Source: Trypanosoma brucei | Taxonomy: Eukaryota | Assembly: GCA_000002445.1 (NCBI GenBank) | Contig: CM000208.1 | Span: 2,848,001-2,912,000 of the forward strand | DNA: 64,000 bases | Direction: 5' to 3' | Part shown: piece after piece, positions 55,062 to 64,000 of the stretch | Layout of the letters: each line of letters begins with the position of its first letter | Position numbering within the stretch: position 1 is the stretch's first letter | Notes under the pieces: model-generated | Seen by the model: only the letters and a program-made list of their open reading frames with translations | Told to the model about the DNA's origin: nothing | Databases searched by the model: none | Position numbers and translations under genes: made by a program

Positions 55062-56363
55062 ATGGACTCGGTTTGCCCGGAGCGATCTGTGACGTGTGTT
55101 ACATGGAACCATGATGGAAGCAACTTGGCAGTAGGTCTACGATGTGGTTTCATCATTTACAGCACGGAGCTACTGCACCTTGTCGACGGGAAATTGTTTG
55201 AAATCCTTTTCCAGCCCGTTGATGGTGGCGCAGGGTTAATTGCTTTGCATGGACAATGTAACCTAGTTTTTATCTCTGGGTGGGCGTACGATCACAGGGC
55301 CACTGTGGCAATATACGACCTTTCCGTGAAGGGGGAGGAGCACGACTCGCGTGACCGTGCTGTGCTGGCGAAAGTGACGATGGCAGAGGCAGTGAACGGG
55401 TTGTGTTTCCACCCGCTTTTAGTGATGGTTGGAACAGAAAGCGGTTTGGTACATGTCTTTAACCAGAAGCTCGAAAAGATACAGGAGTACAAAACGTCGC
55501 AAAAAATTCGGACGTTCGCCGGTGCCACGAGCAAAATGGCATTAGGCACAATGTTGGACAAAGAGGTGGCCGGTGGAGTTAATTACTTACTACTGCGTGG
55601 AGTTGTCGCCGGCCCAACCCCTGGCAGTGTGCGGTGTATCCGCTACGTCAGTGAGCGAAGTATGGAAGTTGAGTCGTCACAGTCTTCTCTTGAGGAGGAG
55701 GGTGGATGCGCGGCTGGACCCCTTGAAGAAAACGTTGTCGAACTGCACACAGCAGAGGTGCAGTGTATTGCCATTACGGTGGACGGTCGTTGTGCGGTCA
55801 CCGTTAGCGCACGGGGGACGATGCTCAAACTGCTTGACGTAAGGAAAGGGGTGGTAATCGGCCAGTACTCGCGTGGAGCGGCGCCTAACACAGTTCTCTC
55901 ATTGGCATTACACCAATGGATCGACCGTACAGTCCTAACGTGCATCTCAGATTCAGGGACACTCCATATTTTCCATGGTCCCCCATTAAAAAGGTCCAGT
56001 GAGCACCATGAAACAGCTGACACGACAACCGATGCAAAGTGGTCGGTCCCAGTCGTGCAGCGATTTAACGACTACATTAGCAGTGTGGGTGCGAAGTTTC
56101 GGATCACCATACCTGAGGATGGGTTGTCTGACGTTCATTGCAGAGAGAGATTGGATGTCGGTATGGCATACAGCACAGTTGTTCGCATTCACGATGCGAG
56201 CCTCTCACCCACTATTTTGGTTGCGCAGCGTTATATTAAGAGGGATGGTACATCGTCAAAAGGTCGTTTGCTATTCATCAAAGTGGATATGGCGGCAGAG
56301 GTGCCTGGTGTAGCACGGACAAAGGACCTGCGCAGCTTCTACTTTCCAAAAAGTGAAATGTAG
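55062..56363 (+). CDS. WD40 beta-propeller protein, PROPPIN (Atg18/WIPI)-like
   Basis: 433 aa. The N-terminus VTCVTWNHDGSNLAVGLRCGFIIY resembles the Atg18 start (inFNQDgsCfavgxxxGfxIY). ARGTMLKLLDVRKGVVIGQYSRGAAPNTVLSLAL...SDSGTLHIF parallels GTLIRVFDtxtGxxlxElRRGxdxAxIxSLaF...SdkGTVHIF. Confidence 0.55.
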   Translation: MDSVCPERSVTCVTWNHDGSNLAVGLRCGFIIYSTELLHLVDGKLFEILFQPVDGGAGLIALHGQCNLVFISGWAYDHRATVAIYDLSVKGEEHDSRDRAVLAKVTMAEAVNGLCFHPLLVMVGTESGLVHVFNQKLEKIQEYKTSQKIRTFAGATSKMALGTMLDKEVAGGVNYLLLRGVVAGPTPGSVRCIRYVSERSMEVESSQSSLEEEGGCAAGPLEENVVELHTAEVQCIAITVDGRCAVTVSARGTMLKLLDVRKGVVIGQYSRGAAPNTVLSLALHQWIDRTVLTCISDSGTLHIFHGPPLKRSSEHHETADTTTDAKWSVPVVQRFNDYISSVGAKFRITIPEDGLSDVHCRERLDVGMAYSTVVRIHDASLSPTILVAQRYIKRDGTSSKGRLLFIKVDMAAEVPGVARTKDLRSFYFPKSEM

Positions 56364-56717
56364 AGTTTGTTGTGCAGCCCATACCTCCAGCAGAGCAAAT
56401 TACCGAGGTGTGTGTGGGGGAGGGCGAAGGACGCATAAAGCGTTCGCTGTTGCAGGTGATTAGTGTCTTTTTTTTACTTTTTTTCAAAGTGTGGTTGTTT
56501 TTTGTCCGCACACTGTTCTTTCATTTTTGTTGTAGAAACAAGAACACGCCACCATTCTTGCTTGCTACTAGGTGCGTGCACGTGCGATTCATTGGGTCGG
56601 TCCCCGTTTCCTGTTCTGTGGCTTATGGCGTGTTCCCACGATTTAACTCCTTCCCTTTGTGTCACACCATGTTTCGTTAGAAGGGAGAGGTAAAAAGTTA
56701 CGAGTCATTTCAAATCG

Positions 56718-57701
56718 ATGTTCTACATTGACGATTTATTTTGGACATCGTTGAACTACGCCACGAGCTGGGTGGGCCTTGTCAGCATCCTAACGTACCT
56801 GTTGGTGGTGCTCCTGCAGCAGTTGGCGCTGCACGTGCCGCAGAACCTTAAGAAGAAGTACGCAGCCGAATGGGCTCTTGTAACAGGGGCGAGCAGTGGC
56901 ATTGGAAAGGCCATTGCGGAGAAGCTTGCCGAGCAGAAGATCAATGTTGTTCTTGTTGCATTGGATGACCCACTTCTGAGTAGTACCTTCGCGGAACTGC
57001 AACAGAGGTACCCCAAGCAAAGTTTCAGGAAGGTAGGAGTTAATCTGGGTGAGGAAGGGATGCGGTACATGCAGCCTATCGTCGAAGCAACAAAGGACCT
57101 TCATATCAATTTGTTGTTCAACAACGCCGGTTACATCAACACAGGACTCTTCGCCGACACCACCATTGAGCGGCTGCGCGCCAATATGGAATGCAATGCT
57201 GGATGTGCTGTGCCAATCACGCACCATTTCTTGCGTCAAATGCTGCAGCGGCAACAGCGAGGTCTTGTGAGCTTCACCTCCTCCGCCTCGTGTTACCTTC
57301 CCGGACCAACCGCTACGTTATACAGCCCAACTAAGGCTTTTCTAACAAACTTTGCAACTACTGTTGCGGCGGAGGTGCGTGACGCGGGTGTTGATGTTGT
57401 GGTCATTCACCCTTCACCTGTCAACACAAATTTCTACAAGAACCAGGGCCCACTGCTCAACTCACTCAAGACGGCACAAAGCGCAGCTGGTTCGCCAATG
57501 AACATCGCTGAACAAATATTCGCCGCCGCGGGGCGCCTGACGGTTTGGGACCAGGGAGTTACGTGTGCCGCATTCCGTATCGTGAACAAAGTCATCGACT
57601 TTCAGTTGTTTTCTGAGCTCGTCGTTCGCTTTGCGTGGCTGAACGGTGACCACAAAAGGCTCGTAGCAAATTCCAACACACGCGGGAAGAAGCAGTCCTG
57701 A
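56718..57701 (+). CDS. Short-chain dehydrogenase/reductase (SDR) with an N-terminal membrane anchor, 3-ketoacyl-CoA-reductase-like
   Basis: 327 aa. N-terminal hydrophobic helix; TGASSGIGKA (TGxxxGxG); NNAGY; catalytic YSPTK (YxxxK). Confidence 0.85.
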   Translation: MFYIDDLFWTSLNYATSWVGLVSILTYLLVVLLQQLALHVPQNLKKKYAAEWALVTGASSGIGKAIAEKLAEQKINVVLVALDDPLLSSTFAELQQRYPKQSFRKVGVNLGEEGMRYMQPIVEATKDLHINLLFNNAGYINTGLFADTTIERLRANMECNAGCAVPITHHFLRQMLQRQQRGLVSFTSSASCYLPGPTATLYSPTKAFLTNFATTVAAEVRDAGVDVVVIHPSPVNTNFYKNQGPLLNSLKTAQSAAGSPMNIAEQIFAAAGRLTVWDQGVTCAAFRIVNKVIDFQLFSELVVRFAWLNGDHKRLVANSNTRGKKQS

Positions 57702-58194
57702 TTATCGAAATAACTTTTTTTTTTACAAAAAAAGTGGAAACACTAGGAGGAAAGGGGGGAAACGGGATTGAGGGAAGGGTGTTTATTCAGTGACCGCCTT
57801 GCACACGTATATTACACGTGTCTTCACAAATGAAAGGATTGGAGAGTATTTCAGGTGAGCGAACGTCTGCGTATTTTGTTTTCGTCTCTTTTTGTAGTCT
57901 GCAACATAGGGATCATCTTACTCGTGGTAGAGTTTTTGTTGGTTTTCCTGCGGGTCGCGAGTTGGCCCAAGAGACTCTATGATGATGAGTTAAGCAGGGG
58001 CAATTTCGTGGATTGTTCTATGAGTTTTCTTGCTGGCTGCGCCGTGTACATCCACCCAGTGCCGCCGCTACACGACCGCTGTATAACTTTTTTTTTTTGC
58101 GCGCATCGTCTCACCATGCTCGTCAGTTTTGTTTTCCCCCCACCCTTCTTTTTCTTGTTGTATGCGCGTGCGTTCTTGAATAGGCAAAGAAAGA

Positions 58195-60573
58195 ATGGGG
58201 TCACCAACCCCAAACGTGCGAAGAGCGATGATTGCAGTGAGCCGGCGGCTGAAGCTTCGTCGACCACCGCGCACGCCCTCCGCAGGGGCAGTAGCAAGGG
58301 GAAGTTGCATAGAACAAACCTCCTCACATTTTGTAACGGCTGCTGTTGAGAGGCTCCACAGCCAAGTTGCACCCGTAACGCCCACACATGCTTCGCACAT
58401 GGACTCTCACAAGAGGGATCTACCGTGTCTGCTGCGCACGTTCCTCGACCAGGGGCACGCACCGCAGTTATCTTCGTCTGTTGTTTCATGTGCTGTCTCC
58501 TCCAAGCAGATTATTGGAAAAACCGCCAAATCAGCAGGGTTGGCTCGGAATGATGCAGAGGATATGCTAATGCAGTATCGACCGAAGATTGATTCCGCGT
58601 TGGTGCGGCGCGTCGCTTGTGCCATGGACGTGGAAGGGGCGTTACGGCGAGCCAGGAAATTGACGCAAGCGCTTCGCGAAGGTGGGGAGCTTGACAAAAT
58701 GCTCTCAAGTTGTGTATCGGTTTCCTCGCAGGTCACAAAGCAGGAGATGGAGCTGCAAGCGGGAATAGCGGCGCGGTTTCATCAGCAGGCCCGGGCCAAG
58801 CGGCAGATGAAACTACGCGGGTTTCGGCTGTCCACTAGTGACATTCAGGTGTCAGAAGTGCTTCCTGATGGGAATATAGTCACTTTTACAAATCCGACGC
58901 TTCCAAGTGCTGCGGGCACGTGCAGCAGGAAGTCTTCTTTGGACGGCAAACAGTTACCATACCTTTACTTTGTACTTTACAAAGAAAATATTTCGCTTGG
59001 AGACGCATTCAGGCTCTTGAGCGAAGTATCCGAAGGGATGTGCCGTCTCGAAGACTTCGCGGTGAATGTGGCACTCGAAGAGTCTGCTGTCACTGCGCAA
59101 CTCTGCAGCGTGCGCATTGCCCTGCTTAATGATGAAACCCACGGAATACGGCGATCAGCCGCGGTGAAGAAACTTCTCAGAGTGAACTTGCGACCCTTAC
59201 GACTTAGTGTTCAGCTAATCGGTTGGAGAGACCGCCCGTGCGAACCTGCCTCTAGCGGCATGTCCCAAGCCCAATACAGCATGCTTATTAGGGGAATCAG
59301 CGCGAATGAGCCAACTCACTTGGAGAGAAAGGTGCTGGCCAGATTCACGGCGTTTCCGAACTTCTTTGGGCCACGCCACTTCGGGCCATTTTGTTTGTTT
59401 CGCACTTACCACGCAGCTGCCGCGTGGGAACGGGGTATGCATGCGGAGGCACTCGTTATAGGAGCCTGCTTGAGTTATGCCGACAGCATTACATCGGGGA
59501 GTGGTTGGATAGGCAAATTGGTGGAAATTCTCCGTCAAGGCGAGGATCGCCTTGGCGTACTGAAAGAGTGGTACCAGTTTAACGTTCCCCACAGGCTGAG
59601 GGCGCAGATTGCTTCAAGTAAAGCTGCCCTGGTATGGAATGTGCTTGCAAGCTGCCGTATTCTTGAGTTGGGGGCGTGCACCATGGAAAGGTCCCCTGAC
59701 GTTGGGGATTTTGTGGTGGATGGAGGTCGTTGCCCTGCCCAAGTTGAGGAAACTGTAGAGAAGGTGGAACTCTTTCCAGAGTGTGGTTGCGGAAAGTGGA
59801 ATAGCCCCCCGTCCGTGGAGCGAAAGGGTAGGGATTGCGCAAATACTGAGGTTGTGAAATTCATCTCCACTCAAGAGGACGCTGCCCCGTACACGATACA
59901 TAATATTGTTGTACCGTTGGGCGCGGAAACTAATGGGGAGGTAAGAGGTCTGTTAATGCAACTGGGCTTCCGTCCCACCTTACATCCGGTTGAGCACTCG
60001 CAGAAACCGGTTGGTCACCGCCCACTCTTTGCAACGGGTAGTGGGTATCCGCGTGCAGCTTCTCCGTGGGTAAAGGCTCTGCCTGAGCTAACTGGAGGCA
60101 TTGCTGGGGACAACGGAGGTGTTTTTAGGCTGCTCACAGATGTAGAAATGCGCCAAAGCAGCAGCTACACAGCCCTGTCGAGAGGCCGGATGCGTGGAAT
60201 TTGGCCAGTGGGAAAGTATGGCTACCGGTTGACGGATCGCTTGCCCGCTGGAATCGTCTCTCTTGCCGCGTCGGACGCGACGTGGCGCGGAACCAGATGT
60301 CTTGCCATGCACTTCACCTTGCCAACACAAGTGTATAGCATGTCCCTCTTCCGAGAGTTCGTAGACATTGAGGACCTTACCGAAGTGACGGATCGCGTAT
60401 CTTCGGCAGGCGATAACAGGAAGGTGGAAGGATCACCTCCTGTAAGGGTGAATACAGCGTCAGTGGAAGGTAAGGGAATGGCAAGCGACCCTGGTCAGGG
60501 ATTTGTGGACGGCGATTTGATGGGTTTGAAGCGCAGAGTATCGGATGCGGGTGCAACAAATGCCGGTAAATAA
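58195..60573 (+). CDS. TruD/Pus7-family pseudouridine-synthase-like protein; the true start is probably a downstream Met
   Basis: 792-aa ORF. SDIQVSEVLPDGN parallels TruD EDFVVVEDLGFEPDGEG; LYFVLYKENISLGDAFRLL parallels ILVRILKNGCNTRFVADAL; FPNFFGPRHFG matches the family signature GVPNYFGAQRFG. Comparisons are from memory of the E. coli TruD sequence. Confidence 0.65.
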   Translation: MGSPTPNVRRAMIAVSRRLKLRRPPRTPSAGAVARGSCIEQTSSHFVTAAVERLHSQVAPVTPTHASHMDSHKRDLPCLLRTFLDQGHAPQLSSSVVSCAVSSKQIIGKTAKSAGLARNDAEDMLMQYRPKIDSALVRRVACAMDVEGALRRARKLTQALREGGELDKMLSSCVSVSSQVTKQEMELQAGIAARFHQQARAKRQMKLRGFRLSTSDIQVSEVLPDGNIVTFTNPTLPSAAGTCSRKSSLDGKQLPYLYFVLYKENISLGDAFRLLSEVSEGMCRLEDFAVNVALEESAVTAQLCSVRIALLNDETHGIRRSAAVKKLLRVNLRPLRLSVQLIGWRDRPCEPASSGMSQAQYSMLIRGISANEPTHLERKVLARFTAFPNFFGPRHFGPFCLFRTYHAAAAWERGMHAEALVIGACLSYADSITSGSGWIGKLVEILRQGEDRLGVLKEWYQFNVPHRLRAQIASSKAALVWNVLASCRILELGACTMERSPDVGDFVVDGGRCPAQVEETVEKVELFPECGCGKWNSPPSVERKGRDCANTEVVKFISTQEDAAPYTIHNIVVPLGAETNGEVRGLLMQLGFRPTLHPVEHSQKPVGHRPLFATGSGYPRAASPWVKALPELTGGIAGDNGGVFRLLTDVEMRQSSSYTALSRGRMRGIWPVGKYGYRLTDRLPAGIVSLAASDATWRGTRCLAMHFTLPTQVYSMSLFREFVDIEDLTEVTDRVSSAGDNRKVEGSPPVRVNTASVEGKGMASDPGQGFVDGDLMGLKRRVSDAGATNAGK

Positions 60574-60816
60574 AGGCCGATGGCTACGATGAGGTGTGTT
60601 GAAATTAATTTCGTTCGGAAGAAACAAACTTGGACGGTTCTGTGGAGGTGTGGTTTTGTTTTTATTTCTTTATTGAGTGCCGTTTAATGCAGTGTCAAAT
60701 TGCCTTCTCTCTTACACTCTGTATTCGTTGTTAGTTGAACGAAGCGATTAAACTTATAGGGTGCTGCTCACAGGTGTCGCGCGAGACTGCAAAAAATTAA
60801 AAAGAATAACAGTAAA

Positions 60817-62244
60817 ATGTCGGTGGATTGGAATACCGTTCACCAAACAGTGTCGGACCACTGGGACACTTCTGTCGTTCCCGGTCTTTCAGAGTTTCTT
60901 GAGGTTCCAAACCAAAGCCCACACTATGATAAAGAGTGGGCGACGAATGGCCACATGAAGAAGGCGATGGACGTCGTGGTTAAATGGATAGAGAAGCAAC
61001 CGATCAAGGGAATGAAGTACGAAGTATTCGAGGATGAAGGCCTAACACCCTTCCTTGTCGTTGAGATCGAGGGGACAGAGCCATGCGCAAACACGCTGCT
61101 AATGTACGGGCACGTGGACAAGCAACCTCCACTCCTTCCCTGGGGTGAAGGCCTTCACCCCTACAAACCCGTGTATCGTGACGGCAACTTGTACGGTCGT
61201 GGATCCGCTGACGACGGTTATGCAGCCTATTTGGCAATCAGCGCCGTGGCGGCCGTTCAGAAACATGGGCTTCAACATGGCAAAGTTGTCGTCATCATTG
61301 AGGCGAGTGAAGAGTCGGGGAGCATGGACTTGCCCCATTACCTGCGCAGGTGCAAAGATCACATTGGAAATGTCGACCTCCTCATCTGCCTTGACAGTGG
61401 TGGTGCCAACCACGAGCAACTGTGGCTGACGACAGCGCTGCGAGGTCTCTGCGGGGGCGTGCTGACGGTTGAGACCATGAGGGAAGGTATGCACAGCGGT
61501 ATGTCTGGTGGCGTGGTCCCCGATTCGTTTCGTATCGCACGCATGCTTCTGGAGCGCATTGAGGATACAAATACGGGCAATGTGAAGATACCTGAGGCGA
61601 TCTGTGACATCCCCGAACATGTCATCAAGGCCGCGGAAGTAATGAGGTCCATACCACTGAAAAAGATGTTCGCTCTCCTTCCCGGCGTTGCAGCGGAAGC
61701 GGATGACAACGCGGAGCTTGCCCTGAGGAGTTCATGGAAGGCAGCCCTCACTGTGGTAGGCGACAACCTTCCGGACACCGCAACAGCCGGTAACGTCAAC
61801 CGTGCCAAAACCACTTTGCGCCTCTCTCTCCGAATCCCGCCAGTTGCGGATGCTGAGAAGGTCAGTGCGGCCATGAAGAGTATACTTGAGGCTGATCCCC
61901 CTTACAATGCAAAGGTCAATTACACCTCACATCACGACGGCACCGGCAGCGCCACCCCGGCCTTAAAACCGTGGCTTGCCCAAGCGCTCCACAGCGGTTG
62001 TGAAACTGCCTTCGGTAAGACTTATGCTTCGCAGGGTGTTGGTGGAACCATCCCCTTTGTCGCGATGCTGCAGCAAATGTTCCCCGAGGCGCAATTCCTC
62101 ATCACAGGGGTCGTGGGACCGAGGAGCAACATCCATGGACCGAATGAGTGTCTAAACGTGCCATTTGCAAAGGGTGTCACCACTTGTGTTGCGCGCGTGA
62201 TTGCTGAACACTTTCACGCAACGCCAAAGTTGCGAAAGGATTAG
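60817..62244 (+). CDS. Peptidase M20 family metallopeptidase (CNDP/Dug1-like dipeptidase)
   Basis: 475 aa. His motif MYGHVDKQP; GRGSADDGY (the metal-bridging Asp region); catalytic IIEASEESGS (EE); C-terminal IHGPNE. Confidence 0.85.
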   Translation: MSVDWNTVHQTVSDHWDTSVVPGLSEFLEVPNQSPHYDKEWATNGHMKKAMDVVVKWIEKQPIKGMKYEVFEDEGLTPFLVVEIEGTEPCANTLLMYGHVDKQPPLLPWGEGLHPYKPVYRDGNLYGRGSADDGYAAYLAISAVAAVQKHGLQHGKVVVIIEASEESGSMDLPHYLRRCKDHIGNVDLLICLDSGGANHEQLWLTTALRGLCGGVLTVETMREGMHSGMSGGVVPDSFRIARMLLERIEDTNTGNVKIPEAICDIPEHVIKAAEVMRSIPLKKMFALLPGVAAEADDNAELALRSSWKAALTVVGDNLPDTATAGNVNRAKTTLRLSLRIPPVADAEKVSAAMKSILEADPPYNAKVNYTSHHDGTGSATPALKPWLAQALHSGCETAFGKTYASQGVGGTIPFVAMLQQMFPEAQFLITGVVGPRSNIHGPNECLNVPFAKGVTTCVARVIAEHFHATPKLRKD

Positions 62245-63342
62245 TAGCAAATTGTCTTCAACGCTACCTCTCTCCTTCACCGGAGCGTTTGTTTATAATT
62301 TACCTTTCAAGGAAACCCCCACTGGCGCCATTACATATTGCACTAGTGGTATTATCGGTACCGAGTGCTGAGCAGCGGAGTTTTTAACGTTCTGAGCAGA
62401 ATCAGCCATGTAAGCCTTCAGGAGGTCTAGCAGACAAAAAAACATGTCTTTCTTTTCCTTATTTGTTTTACGCATTTTTTTTATTTTGAAAATTTTCCGA
62501 TGCGTTATGACTTATCTATTTTCTTTTTACATTTATATTTTGTATTTAGCGTTTTGGCACAAACACCAATTATTTTTGCGATGTTTGAGAGCGTAACATT
62601 TTCCCCGCGTGCAATTACCACTGCCAGGCAATGGCGGTCGCAGGGGAGGGAAATGGAGTAGGGGAAACATTTGCATTTCGGTCAGATAACATTTTCTAGA
62701 CCGTCAGGTATTTTTCATCCGTGTGTTTGTTCGCGTGACCCCGTAACCCTTTGCACTTACCCGCTGCCCCGCCCAAAGTCTCCAACCACGAATAAAACAC
62801 TAATTGTCCCACTTATTGGCTAGATAATGAAAATATAGGAAAGCGGCACAGGAATCGAGGGCCATGCAGCGGAAACATCGGTGCCCAAACAACCAACGAT
62901 ACTGCACATGGAGAGAGGTTTGCACTAAAAAGCATAGTCATCTCGACGTGATTGCCACTTCGTGTTCGCCCCGAAGCACCCGACCTTTGAATGGTTATGG
63001 GCTCATCGGCCTGTCAAGGCGCTTGTGTTACGGAAGGGCCTCGCCGAATGTAAGCTTTTCAAGTTTCATTGTTCCTCTAATTTGCTCGACGGGTGGAAGG
63101 AGTGGAAGGTGCGGGGGGGGGGGGAGCGCAGTCCCTTGGAGCTGAAGCACGGCGTTTGCAAAAACGTTTGTCGGCATATTTTGTGCAGTTTGGTAAAAAG
63201 GCGTGAGTGAAAGAGGAAACCAATTGCTCAGTTCATCCTTCTCTGTTAATCCGTGAAAAGCGCAGCCTTTCTTTTAGGAAGTAGAGGGGATTCACCGCAC
63301 AACGGAGCGGGAGGCAAAGTGCAAGCGCACTTGTTGAGGAAA

Positions 63343-64000
63343 ATGAGGCGAGTGGTAGTGGATTTGAGGCCGAAGGAGTGTTACGACGAGGGTCACTTGG
63401 AAGGGGCGTTCAGCTTCCCGTGGGAGGATATACAGAACGAGTCTTGTGGGCTACCACCGCGTGAAACTTTGCTCACCGCCATCGTAGACGAGCGAATAGA
63501 CCAAGGAAGTGTTACGGCATACCTTTCCCGCCTTCAGTACGCGGCGTTGGAGGTAAGGATGTTGGGACAGCACGAAGAGATGGTTCGCCGGCCACCGGAA
63601 GGTTTTTGTTGGGTTCCAAACCCTTTTCTCGTGAGCGTGTTGCGGTTTGTGGAAGAGTCGAGTAGCGGTATCTCGTTTGCACTTGACATTGGCTCCGGCA
63701 GCGGAAGGGATATGGTCTTCCTGGCCTCCCGTGGGTGGCATGTTGTTGGAATCGAGAACCGGAGGCGGCTTATTTGGCAAGGGGAGACGCTTGCCCGCAA
63801 ACACGACGTCTCGGGGCGGGTGGCCTATTTGCACAGTGACATCAAGGAGGCTTACCCAGTAAGAAGTGGGTCGGTGGACCTGGTGCATGTCTGCCGCTTC
63901 TTGCACAGGCCGTCCCTCAGCCGCTTGCTTGAACTTCCACGCCGCGGCGGCCATCTCGTGTACAGTCACTTCCTTGAGGGCTGCCAACACACCAAAGTCG
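63343..64000 (+). CDS. Rhodanese-like domain fused to a SAM-dependent (TehB-like) methyltransferase domain; 5' part only, runs off the window
   Basis: Translating by hand from the ATG at 63343 gives an open frame to the window edge. LRPKECYDEGHLEGAFSFPWEDI is a rhodanese-type motif, and FALDIGSGSGRDMVFLASRGWHVVGIE is methyltransferase motif I (compare TehB [22 protein letters not shown]). The ORF is absent from the track because it has no stop inside the window. Confidence 0.7.
   Translation, partial: MRRVVVDLRPKECYDEGHLEGAFSFPWEDIQNESCGLPPRETLLTAIVDERIDQGSVTAYLSRLQYAALEVRMLGQHEEMVRRPPEGFCWVPNPFLVSVLRFVEESSSGISFALDIGSGSGRDMVFLASRGWHVVGIENRRRLIWQGETLARKHDVSGRVAYLHSDIKEAYPVRSGSVDLVHVCRFLHRPSLSRLLELPRRGGHLVYSHFLEGCQHTKV

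Noticed and set aside
56790-57254. 154-aa minus-strand ORF
   Set aside because: It is antisense to the SDR gene, whose TGxxxGxG/NNAG/YxxxK motifs fix the coding strand.
57855-58349. 164-aa plus-strand ORF overlapping the start of the TruD-like gene
   Set aside because: It is pyrimidine-tract and UTR-like sequence (poly-T, FFF/PPP translation) in a different frame from the downstream supported CDS.
61099-61874. 173-aa and 171-aa minus-strand ORFs
   Set aside because: They are antisense shadows inside the well-supported M20 peptidase CDS.
63451-63990. 179-aa minus-strand ORF at the window end
   Set aside because: The opposite strand encodes a coherent rhodanese plus methyltransferase motif I protein from an ATG at 63343; the minus ORF has no motifs.

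Overview
The window looks like a kinetoplastid (African-trypanosome-like) nuclear chromosome segment. This is inferred from four traits: every credible gene is on the + strand as in one polycistronic transcription unit; CDSs are intron-less; intergenic regions are long, low-complexity and rich in (TA)n microsatellites; and polypyrimidine tracts followed by AG (trans-splice acceptor signals) sit upstream of the ORFs. No prokaryotic-type elements (CRISPR, operons, IS elements) and no rRNA or tRNA genes could be recognised by eye. About 26 protein-coding genes are supported, all on the + strand. Those with recognisable products are: an ISD11/LYRM4-like LYR protein, a RAD51 paralog, a MAP kinase, two tandemly duplicated single-RRM proteins, a WW-domain protein, a 2192-aa TPR-repeat protein with a CHAT-like C-terminus, an acyltransferase-3 membrane protein, two dispersed PRA1-family paralogs, ribulose-phosphate 3-epimerase, a PROPPIN-like WD40 protein, a short-chain dehydrogenase, a TruD/Pus7-like protein, an M20 metallopeptidase, and a partial rhodanese plus SAM-methyltransferase fusion running off the 3' end. 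Every minus-strand ORF in the track is judged a shadow or low-complexity artefact. The ORF track uses alternative start codons (TTG/GTG), so several true ATG starts lie a few codons downstream of the listed start. The observations most worth a second look are the CHAT-like (caspase-fold) domain whose catalytic Cys seems absent, a TruD-like protein whose catalytic Asp motif is replaced, a protein-kinase N-lobe relic split by a perfect palindrome, and a gene-conversion boundary inside the tandem RRM gene pair. All coordinates derived by hand may be off by 1-2 nt.
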